From NCBI RefSeq assembly GCF_004010195.1, contig NC_057749.1, positions 16,103,831-16,167,830 on the forward strand: DNA of 64,000 nt, written 5' to 3'. Each line of letters begins with the position of its first letter. Position 1 is the first letter of the stretch. A model generated the notes under the pieces. That model saw nothing but the letters and a program-made list of their open reading frames with translations, was not told the origin of the DNA and ran no database searches. Positions 27,930 through 39,900 of the stretch are shown in pieces. The position numbers and the translations under genes are program-made. The stretch comes from Chiloscyllium plagiosum. Taxonomy: Eukaryota.

Positions 27930-30900
27930 GTAAGAAAAATATTTACATCTATATAGTTAAAAATCATACAACACCAGGTTATAGTCCAACAGGTTTAATT
28001 GGAAGCACACTAGCTTTCGGAGCGACGCTCCTTCATCAGGTGATCATGACTACATCTATATAGTTTTTTTTCGACAACTGAATGATTCAAAGCACTCTAC
28101 ACTAAATGAGGTATTTGGAAATATAGTCACTGTTGTGGTGTAGCGAACACAGCAGCATTAATCACACTCCAGTCAGCAAGGTGCTAAAGAGAAGGCAATT
28201 AGTTTTTGTTATGTTGATTCAGAGATAGGTATTTGCTCGGATACTCTGAAAAACTCACCTGTTCTTTGTCAAAATAGTGCCACAAAACGTTTATATCTAA
28301 GCTGACAGATATAGCCTTGGTTTAACATTGCATGAAGGTGATGCCTCTCCCACAGTGCAGTACCCCTCACTACTGCTCTGACAGTATCATCCTAGTTTTA
28401 AAAAATCACACAACACCAGGTTATAGTCCAGTAAGTTTATTTGGAAGCACTAGCTTTCAGAGCGCTGCTCCTTCATCAGGTGATTGTGGAGAATAAGATT
28501 GTAAGACACAGAATTTATAGCAAAAGTTTACAGTGTGATTTAACTGAAATTATATATTGAAAAAGACCCGGATTGTTTGTTAAGTCTCTCATCTTTTAGA
28601 ATGACCATGTTGGTTTCAGTTCTTTCATATGTAAATCGCAAAACTTTTTTTACAAGTTATATTCTCAAGTGCACTTTAACAATTGGTGTCATGTCAGCCC
28701 AGATAAGGTATTGAAGGTGTTAACTCCTTGTGAGGCTGTCTGTGCCACAATGGTCAGACTGATTGTAATCTAAAAATCAGATTTACAGAATCTTACATGG
28801 ATTCATGCAGTTTTTGAGCAAAGTAAAATGTAATTCTGCAAGTACAAATTCACCCCACAAACTTATATGTGTATGTGTCATGTGGGTGTGGAGGAGTGGG
28901 GGGTGGGGGTGGAGGTGGTTATGAGTGTCTGTGAGAGGGTGTATGTATGTGTGTGAGTATGAATGTAAAGGGGTTTAAGTCTGTGAAAGGATGTGTGTGT
29001 GAGTGTATGAGAGAGGGTGTGTGTGTATGTGTGTGTGTATATAGTGCAATGGAGGTCACCTATGGTGACCGTCTCCAAATCATCCTAGATTATGTGCTCA
29101 AATCCTAGAATCCATAATCCTGGGATTCAGGTGTAAGGACCAAGTTTAGGCCTATAGAACAAAAATGTGGGATTTTGGTCAGTGAAACTTTCTACAGCTA
29201 CTGGCCAGTTCTCCAGGGAACAAAAAACTTTGAATTTCAGAATTACAGATTGAGCACACTGCCAGTTAACATGGAAATAAATATTTGAGATCATTAATAA
29301 TAACATTTATTGCATTGCATGTTGTATTTTGACAATAGTAAAAAAATTACCCCCATTTTTAAAACCTACTTCTTTAACAAAGATATTTCCCACCCATCCT
29401 AACATCACCTTTGACTCATTGTCAAATCTTGCACTGATTACATTCCCATTAAGTCTCCTTTTGTATCACATTAAAGGTGCTATACATTAAAGGTGCTATA
29501 GAAATACAAATATTGTTGTGGGTGTATATTTATTCTACATTATGCTCTCAGTGCAGAATATCCTGATCTCCAAAAGCACAACAGCTACATGGCAACTTAC
29601 CTGACCCCTGATTTATATGCCAAACTTCATGATAAATCTACATCCAGTGGCTGGACACTGGATCAGTGCATTCAGACTGGAGTGGACAATCCTGGAGAGT
29701 CCATAGGAATAATAGCAGGAGATGAAGAATCATATGCAGTAAGTATAACTGTACTGTGAATATGGCCACTGAAAATACACAGAAAATACTCACATAGTGC
29801 ACAACAAAATCTGTCTATTCCAGGGGAGCATATTTGGATAAACTCAGCCTTGTGTTAGCCAGCCATGATTGCTTCACTTACCTTGTTGTTGTTTGCACTC
29901 TTCCTGAAAGCAAAGCTACCCTGAACTATGACCTCCACCTGGGTTTCTGAGGAAACATATGAATATCCAAAGTTGACAAATGGATCATCAAACCTATCCC
30001 ACTCTTCACTGACCAGAACACAAGGCATTTCTTTTCTTCTGTGAGTCATTGGGTGGGCAACTGATCCACAGGAAATTAATTCATAACCAATGTGCATCAA
30101 AATCCTTTAGAAAATATAATTCAGTAGCACCAGAGAGGTGAAGGAGCACAAGCTGCATTAGGCTCTAGATGTAAAAGGGAATAAATTATTGCTGTAAATA
30201 TCATAATACTGTAAGAGTAATGTATAAGAATAATGTTATAGAGTAATATAATATTACAATAGATTATCAGCAGGAGGTTAGACTGGATCAGGTGGACTTT
30301 GTGGAGAAAAACACTACAGCTGAATGGCTCACCTTTATTCTATAACTTCAGGAGCAGGAAAATGTGGATTGGACACAGCTATTTGAAGGGAAGTCCACAT
30401 TTGAGATGTGGGAGGCTTTCAAAGATAGGTTAACGGTAGTGCAGGATAGGCATGTCCCATTGAAGGCAAAGGATAGGAAAGGCAAGATTCGTGAACCGTG
30501 GATGACAGGAGAAATTGTATGACTAGCCAAGAGAAAAAGGGAAGCGTACATAAGGTCTAGGCAGTTAAGAACAGAACGGGCCCTGGGGAATATCAGAAGA
30601 GTAGGACAAGTCTTAAACAAGGAATCAAGCAGGCTAAAAGAGGTCATGAAATAGCTTTAGCGAGCAGAATTAAGGGAAATCCCAAAGCATTTTATTCTTA
30701 TATAAGAAGCAAGCGGGTAACTAGAGAAAGGATTGGTCCACTAAAAGATAATGAAGGAAGGCTGTGTGCCAAGGGTTGGTGATGATTCGCCATGGCAGAT
30801 TCGCTGCCGATGATTAGCCACTGCCAGTTCTCCACCAGCGTTTCTCCACTGGGGTCGTTTGACCTCTGGAGACTATTTGCTACTGGAAATATATATATGT

Positions 30901-33900
30901 AGTGATTGTTTTCCCTCCCGCCTATTCTTTCATACTTCTCAGTCCCCTTTATTTATACAATTACATACTACGTATTGATAACAAAGAGATAAAATAAATA
31001 TCATTTATTGGTTTATATATAAAATTGAGTTACAAACTTTAACCAGAAAAAGGAAATATATTTTAAAAATCTTTATAATGGCAGTAAAATCTCACATTAA
31101 TATTAAACAGTGAAATTTCAGTTCATTTGATAGTTATGCACTATTCCTCTAAGATATTCCAAACAATCTCTTTCACCATATTCAAGAACAACGCAACGCA
31201 AACACTACCTTAACCAATATAATGACAATTTTATATAGTTTAGATATGCTTGTTCTCTAACATTTTAAACTTTGTAAAATTTTTAAAAATCTATTAACAA
31301 AAATAAATGGTTATTAAAACAAGTAAACGCTACCACCAATATTCAAAATATTGCGGTGGCGAATCGTCTTCAGTGGCCAATGGGCGGTGGCTAAGCGTCC
31401 TCGGTGAACAATGGGCAGTGGCTAATCGTCGGCGGCGAATCTGCTGTGGCGAATGGTGCCATCCCGGTGTGCCAAACCTGAGAGAGTGGGTGAGATTCTG
31501 AATGTTTACTTTGTATCAGTGTTACTGAGGAGAGGAACATGATGAATCTTGAGACTAGAGATAGAAGTTTGATTAGTCTGGATCACGTTGGCATAAGTAG
31601 GGAAGATGTGTTAGGTATGCTAGAGGATATTAAGGTGGACAAATCCTCAGGACCGGATGGGATCTATCCCAGGTTGCTGAGGGAGATGAGAGGGGAAATT
31701 GCTGGGGCCCTGACAGACATCTTTGTGGCATCCTTAAATACAGGTGAGGTGCCGGAGGACTGGAAGGTTGCTCATGTTGTCCTCCTGTACAAGAAGGGTA
31801 GTAGGGATATTCCAGGTAACTACAGACCATTGAGCCTGACGTCGGTGGTGGGGAATTGCTGGTGAGGGGACTGAGAGATAGGCTCTATTTATATTTAGAA
31901 AAGAATGAGCTTATCAGTGATAGGCAACATGGTTTTGTGCGGGGGAGTTCATGCCTTACCAACTTAATACAGTTCTTCGAGGAAGTGACCAAGTTGTTAG
32001 ATGAAGGAAGGGCTGTTGATGTCATATACATGGACTTTAGTAAGGCGTTTGATAAGGTTCCCCATTGTAGACTAATGGAGAAAGTGAAGTCACATGGTGT
32101 GCAGGGTGTTCTAGCGAGGTGGATAAAGAACTGGTTGAGCAGCAGGAGATAGGGAGTAGTAGTTGAAAGGAGTTTCTCAAAATGGAGAAAGGTGACCAGT
32201 GGTGTTCCACAGGGGTCAGTGTTGGGGCCACTGTTGTTTGTAATATACATAAATGATCTAGAAGGGGACACTGTTGGTATGATCAGCAAGTTTGCAGATG
32301 ACACAAAGATTGGTGTAGTAGCAGAAAGCATCAGGGACTGTCAGAGAATACAGGTGAATATAGACTGGAGAGTTGGGCGGAAAAGTGGCAGATGGCTTTC
32401 AATCCAGACAAATGTGAGGTGATGCATTTAGGCAAGTCTAATTATAGAGTGAATTATACAATGAATGGAAGAGCCTTGGGAAAAGTTGATGGGCAGAGAG
32501 ATCTGGGAGTGCAGGTCCATTGTACCCTGAAGGTTGCTGCACAGGTGGATAGAGTGCTCAAGAAGACATATAGTATGCTTGCCTTCATTGGACGGGGTAT
32601 TGAGTAAAAGAGCTCGCAAGTCATGTTAAAATTGTACAAGATGTTGGTTCAGCTGCATTCAGAATACTGTGTACAGTTCTGGTCGCCACATTACCAAAAG
32701 GATGTGGACGCTTTGGAGAGGATGCAGAGTAGGTTTACGAGGATATTGCCTGGTATGGAAGGTGCTAGCTATGAAGAGAGGTTGAGTAGATTAGGTTTAT
32801 TTGCACTAGAAAAAAGGAGATTGAGGGGGGACCTGATTGAGGTTTACAAAATCATGAAGGGTATAAAGTTAAAAATCACACAACACCAGGTTATAGTCCA
32901 ACAGGTTTAATTGGAAGCACTAGCTTTCGGAGCGTCACTCCTTCATCAGGTGATTGTGGAGGGCTCGATCGTAACACAGAATTTATAGCAAAAATTTGCA
33001 GTGTGATGTAACTGAAATTATACATTGAAGAATTGATTGTCTGTTAAGCCTTTCATCTGTTAGAATACAGTGACAGTTTCACTTATTTCATTTGTAAATC
33101 ACAAAACCCTTTTTTTTAAAATTGCATTCTCGGGTTAGCTGTTAACAATGGTGATAACTAGACAATATGNNNNNNNNNNNNNNNNNNNNNNNNNNNNNNN
33201 NNNNNNNNNNNNNNNNNNNNNNNNNNNNNNNNNNNNNNNNNNNNNNNNNNNNNNNNNNNNNNNNNNNNNNNNNNNNNNNNNNNNNNNNNNNNNNNNNNNN
33301 NNNNNNNNNNNNNNNNNNNNTGTGTGTGTGTGTGTGTAGGAATATGTGAGAGTGTGTGTGTGTAGTGCAATGGTGATCACCTGTAATGTGACATGAACCC
33401 AAGGTCCCGGTTGAGGCCCTCCCTATGGGTACCGAACTTAGCTATCAGCCTCTGCTCGGCCACTTTCCTCTGCTGCCTGTCCTGAAGTCCACCTTGGACT
33501 TCGTGGTCCAGGACATTCAGCGTCGGACCTTCGGGTGACCATCCTCCAAGGTGGACTTCGGGAAGGAGGATGGACAGGTAGGACAGTCCAAGAGTGTGGT
33601 GCTGAGTTGGAGAGTTGGATCTGGGATGAGGTGGAGGGGAAGGGAGATGAGGAAGCTGGTGAAATTGATCCCGTATAGTTGGAGGGTCCAAAGGTGGAAG
33701 ATGAGGCATTCTTCCTCTCGGCGTCGGGTGGCTAGGCAGTGGAGGAGGCCCAGGACTTGCATGTCCTTGGCGAAGTGGGAGGGTGAGTTAAGTGTTTGGC
33801 CATAGGGCGGTGGGGTTGTTTAGTGCATGTGTCCCAGAGATATTCTCTGAAACGTTCTGGAAGTTGGCATCCTGTCTCTCCAATGTAGAGGAGAAGACAT

Positions 33901-36900
33901 CAAGAACAAGGGACACAGTAGATGATGTATGTGGAGGTACAGGAACGTCTGTCAGATGTGGAAGGATCCTTTGGGGCCTTGGATGAAGGTGAGGGTGAAG
34001 GTGTGGACACAGGTTTTACACCTCTTTCTCCACTGAACATGCTGAGCTCTTTGGTGCTGCTAACACTTGCTAACAATGTCACCTCCAACCATGCAGGTTT
34101 TTGCTGATATATTCGACCCTGTGATTAGAGAAAAGCACAATGGATACGATCCGAAGATCATGAAACATGTCAAAGATTTGGATGCAAGTAAAGTGAGTAG
34201 AAGCCAAACTGCTATATTCGTATTCAGTTTCTGAAAACAGAGCATTGTCTGCAAAGCTAACATTACTGGAAAACAGAACATAGATGACAGAACAGTACAA
34301 CACAGAAACAGGTTCTTCAGCCCACCACAATCCCATCTGCCTGTACATGATCCATATCCCTCTTTAGCCTGCCTGTTCATGTGTCTATCTAAATGCCTCT
34401 TAAACATTGCTATTGTATCTGCTTCTATCACCTCCCATGACAGTGCTTGTCAGGCACCTCTTTGTAAAAATCTTAACTCACACATCTCATTTAAATTTTC
34501 CACCCTCACCTTAAATCTCTGCCCCTTAATATTTGACATTTCTACCCTGGGAAAAAGACTCCAACTATTCATGCCTCTCATAGTTTATATATTTCTAATA
34601 AGTTGGCCCTCAGCCTCTGATGCTGTAGCATAAATAATCCAAGTATGTCCAATCTTTCCTGATAGCTAATACATTCCAATCCAGACAACGCCTGGTAAAC
34701 CCCCTTGCACCTTCTCTGAAGCCTCCACACCCTTCCCATACTGCAGCAACCAGAACTGCACACAACACTCCAAATGTAGCTTAACTAAAGTTTTATACAG
34801 CTGCAAAATGACCTGCCAACTTTTATACTCAAAGTACCAAGTGATGAAGGCAAATATGCCATATGTCATCTTATCCATTTGTGTTGCCACTTGCAGGAAG
34901 CTATGGACTTGCACCCCAAAATAACATGGAAGCAGCCAAGATAGTGGAAGCTTGAAACAGCTTGGCTGCTTAGCCATTGTTCTCAATGTGCTTTGGTAGG
35001 AAGAATAGAGGAGCAGAATATTATTTAAATGGAGAAACACTGCAGAAAGTTGCATAACCAAGGGATTTGGGAATCCTCATGCATAACTCAGAAAAGGCTA
35101 TCATCCAAGATCAGAAGGTAATAGGGAAGGCAATAGAATTTTGGCCTTATTTCAAAGGAAGTGGTACATAAAATAACGAAATCTTGCTAAAGCTATATAA
35201 GGCACTAGTTACACCACAGGATATTGTCAACAGATTTGGTTCCCTCTGTAAAGAAAGATTCACTGGCATTGGAAACAGTCTAGAAAAATTTCACTAGGTT
35301 GATTCTAGGTATTCCTTCTTACAAGAGGTTGAGTAGGTTAGACCTGTAATCATTAGAGCTTAAGAGAATGAGAAGTGGCCTTATTGAAACATATAAAATT
35401 CTTAAGGGGCTTGATAGAATAGATGCAGTGAAGTTGTTCCCCTTGTGGAACAGTCTAGGACCAGAGAGCATAATTTCACAGTAAGTGATCACCCATTTAA
35501 GAGATAAGAAGAATTTCTTCTCGAAGAGAGTAGGTATTCTTTACCATAGAGCGCTGTTGGGGCTCTATGGTGGTTACTAATAAACAAGGCTGAGATAGAC
35601 AGATTTTTAACCATAAGAAAATAAAGGGTTATAAGGAAAATGCAGGACGGTGGAGTTGAGGATTATCAGATCAACCATGATCTTATTGAGAAGTCTGTAC
35701 GTGATTTGTACGAAGGAATCAATTGGACCAACAGTGGAAATAAAAATTTACAGATAAAACATGAAATGCTGACTGTATTTTTTTTTGTTAGGTATTGAGC
35801 AAAGTCAAGGGGAAACAGGTGGGTAATGGCAATTCACTGTATTTTAATCCAGGCTATTGCTTCAGGTTATAGGATCAATGGCAGCTGCAGAATCCAGAAT
35901 AGAAAGTTAGTTTTAGCGATAGCAATCCGACATGTGATCCCAGACCCACTACAACGTGAGTGAATCTTACCTGCCCTCTGGAAGGCAAACCATTCATTTC
36001 AAGGGAAATTACTTGTGAGCGATGAATCTCTAAAAATAATTTTAAAATCTACCCCCCAGAGGCAGACTTTGTAAAGATTCCAGGCTCAACTATATAGAAA
36101 GCCTGTTAATAAACTGGAAATGGTGCAAAAAAGATTTATAAGGGTGTTTCTGAGACTGGAGGGTTTGCGTTATAAGGAGAGGCTGAATGGGCTGGGGCTT
36201 TTTTTCCTGGAACATAGGAGGCTGAGGGGTGACCTTGTAAAGGTTTATTAAAAAATCATGAGGAGCATGGATAAAGGTGTTTTCCCCAGGGTGGGGGAAT
36301 CCAAAACTGGAGGGCATAGGGTTTAAGATGAGAGGGGAAAGATTTAGAAGGGACACGAGGGACGTTTTCACACAGAGGGTGGTGTGTCTATGGAATGAGC
36401 TGCCGGAGGACATGGTACAGGTGAGTACAATTACAACATTTAAAAGACACTTGTATAGGTATGTTGATAGGAAAGGTATAAAATAATCTGAGCCAAATGC
36501 AAGCAGACGGGACTAGTTCAGTTTTGAAAACCTGGTTGACATGGACAAGTTGAGCAGCAGGGGTCTGTTTCCGTGCCAATAACTCTATGACTCTAATATT
36601 GAGGGAATAAAAGGAAAATACAGCAGATGTTGGAGATCTGAAATTAAATCAGAAAGTGTTGATGAAATTCAACAGGTCTGGCAGTGTCTAAGAAGAGAAA
36701 AACACAGTTAACATTTTTGAGTCTGATACAACTTGTCTTGAGCCAACATTAACAACGTTTCTCTCTTCAGTGTTGCTACGAAACTTGTATTTTCCAGCAC
36801 TTCTTGTTTTTATTTCAACACTGAGGAATAGTGTCACAAAAAAACTGGCTCAGTTAAGCACAAACTATGAAGTTTCCTATCTTTGTTTCCTTTACAGATT

Positions 36901-39900
36901 AGGAATGGACAGTTTGATGAAAACTATGTTCTTTCCTCACGTGTCAGGACTGGTCGAAGTATTCGAGGACTCAGCATGCCTCCTGCCTGCACTCGGGCTG
37001 AGAGGAGAGAGGTGGAGAGGGTGACTGTTGAGGCATTAGCTGGATTAAAGGGAGATCTAGCTGGAAAATACTACAGTCTGAGCAGTATGACAGATAAAGA
37101 GCAGCAACAGCTCATTGATGTAAGACAATGAACCACAATTCATCTTGGTTAGAAGGAACTGGCTGGTGCAGTGACCAGTGGCTTCCACACTAGCATTTCC
37201 AATGTGTCCTGAATGTTTCTTATATCTGCAAGGATTCAATATTGTAAGATTTTGTTAAATAATCACCAAGCTCCTGGGACCCTGCAGTATCGCACTGTCC
37301 CTCATTCTATGTGAATTGACAAAAAACATTCAGAACACTGTTGGTCAGTACAGATAGAGCTCTACTCTGTCTAGCTTTGGTCTAACTAACCTTGAAGTAT
37401 TTGATGGAAACAGTTGTTATGACCCACTTAAGAAAGTCTGTTGATTCTCAAGCCCCACTATTTTCAGGGTCACCACAACAATTAATGATTTAATCAAAGT
37501 AGGAAAAGTCCCAAAATATCTGCCTGGAGGAATCAGGATCTGGCACTTAATGCGAACTACAGTTTATTTCAAAAAGATATGTTTTAGCCAAATTATGAGC
37601 TATCAATTCTAACCCCCTTTTTGAACCCCTACACCCACCATACACAGAGTGGGACAAACAAAGAAAAAAAATTGGAATCACAGTTTAATTTTCCTGGTCG
37701 ACAGACGTCAAGAATGCAGTCCTTTTCTCTTCCCAAGTGTTTCTCTTCTGCTAATTCCTTCCTTCCAGATTCTCAGTTATTTGTCACAGACACAGGGGAT
37801 TTACACTTCAATTGTTAATTTCACAGTTAGAGGAAACAACTGACAGTAAATGAGAGGAGAGAATAGTTGACAATCTTAAAGTTTGGGTTATTTGGCTACA
37901 GAGAGATATGGACATATCCTGCTTCTTCCAGTCTTAAAACCTTTGGTCCCTGTGTCAATTCATCCCTAGTCATTGGCTTTAGAAATAGTTATTTTCTACT
38001 TTAGATCACAATCAATTAGTCAGAGAAATAATAAGATGCGGCCTCCACATGTCTCCAATTCCCACACCTGCAGAGGTCATCATGAAGGTCCATCCTCTCC
38101 AACGCGTTCCTTGCCTGAGATATATTGACTCTCAGGTTAAACCACCACTAGTTGTCTCTATGTAATGAGAGAGAAAGACTATGGTCCTTTGGGACTATTG
38201 CAACTTTACCTTGTACCTTTATATATCGTTACACAAAAAAAAATGCAGTCTTTATACATGTGTACAGGAAACTTTACTCTATATCTTAATCTCATGTTGT
38301 ATATCTTTCTATAGGATCACCTCTTGTTTAACAAACCAGCATCACCTTTCCACTTGTCTTCAGGGATGGCCAGGGATTGGCCCGATGCTCGGGGCATTTG
38401 GTAAGTTTGGATTCAGGAAAAAGGAGAGGATTGTGGCCAGGAAGGAAGGTAAACATGAAGTTTGCAATACTGAATTCCAAAACATCTGGAGATCTGAAAG
38501 TAATGCAGGTCAGCAGAGACAAGGTGGTGCAGGAAAATGATCATGCCAAGATGAGTGTTTCTGGGTCTAAATACAAGTGATGTTTTAAAAATAACCAAAC
38601 CATTCTGTTCCCACGTATCTACAGGTATAATAATGAGAAGACTTTCTCAATCTGGATCAATGAGGAGGACCATATTCGAATTATCTCCATGGAAAAAGGC
38701 GGTAACATGAAGAAAGTGTTTGAGAAATTCTGCCGGGGTCTCAAAGAGGTAAACAGTTATAAGAGCAACCGATCCATTAGGATCCTCCCGCCACTGTTGC
38801 ACAATCTGGAGCAGGCTATTCAGCCCAACATATCTGTCCGGGCTGTTTGAGAAAGTTATGCTGTTAGTCCTAATATTGAAGCCCCTCATCCTAACTCCCT
38901 CCTCACACAGCCCTGTAAATTTTCCCCTTTCAAATGTACCTCCAATTTTAACAGAATAAAAATAAGACCTATTTCAGAAGGAAACATTTCTCCACTAGAC
39001 ACCTTACCTCCTCCTCACTTTTACAAGCTGCCTTTTGTTTCAGTCACTTCCTCTTGAAACTTTGATTTATCCTGCTTCTTTGTTACTTTTGATGAAAATT
39101 GTTGAATTTTCCATGTTTTCCTGGCTTTTCTGTGCCTCATTGTTGAGCATTCATTAACATATGGAGTGGTTCAGGTGAATAGTATAGATTACATTTCGGG
39201 GAAAACGAGTGAACAAACTGAAGAGAAAGGAATGGAGAATGTTATCTTGATGGGGTTAGGTGAAGGTGAAAGGGGGCTGGGAAATCTGGTGTAGACAATA
39301 AGCTGCAGCACAAAATCAAATGCCCTGTTTTCATATTGTACACTCAATGTAACTCTATGACTCCATTCATCCTTGCCACTGTTAGAAAAACAGAATACAA
39401 TGCTGAGATTTGAAACAAAAATGTTTTTTCCAGATTGAGAAACTTATCGCTGAGAAAGGCTGGGAGTTTATGTGGAATGAGAGAATTGGCTACATCCTGA
39501 CATGCCCATCAAACCTGGGCACTGGACTCCGAGCTGGGGTACACATCAAACTACCCATGCTCAGCAAGGTACCAGCTCAATCTCATTTTCCAACTGGGCT
39601 TCAATTCTAATGGACATCATTTACTCTCCATTGTACATGACGCTGAAATCAGTTAGTCCTGATACACAAAACATTCGCAAACTACATGCTGAGAATACCA
39701 GTGAAAGGAAAGGGAATAAGGTAGGTCTCTCTCCTTTAGACGATGATAGAGAACTCCTTGTGAAATTAAGTGACAAATTAGGGGGCTGAGATTCCACAGG
39801 GATTCCTGCTCACAAGAAACAAAACAGAGGCTGCTTTAACATGGAACAGGACTAAACAGAACCTGACATGAACAGCCCACAGGTTAGCTGGTATAAGAAA

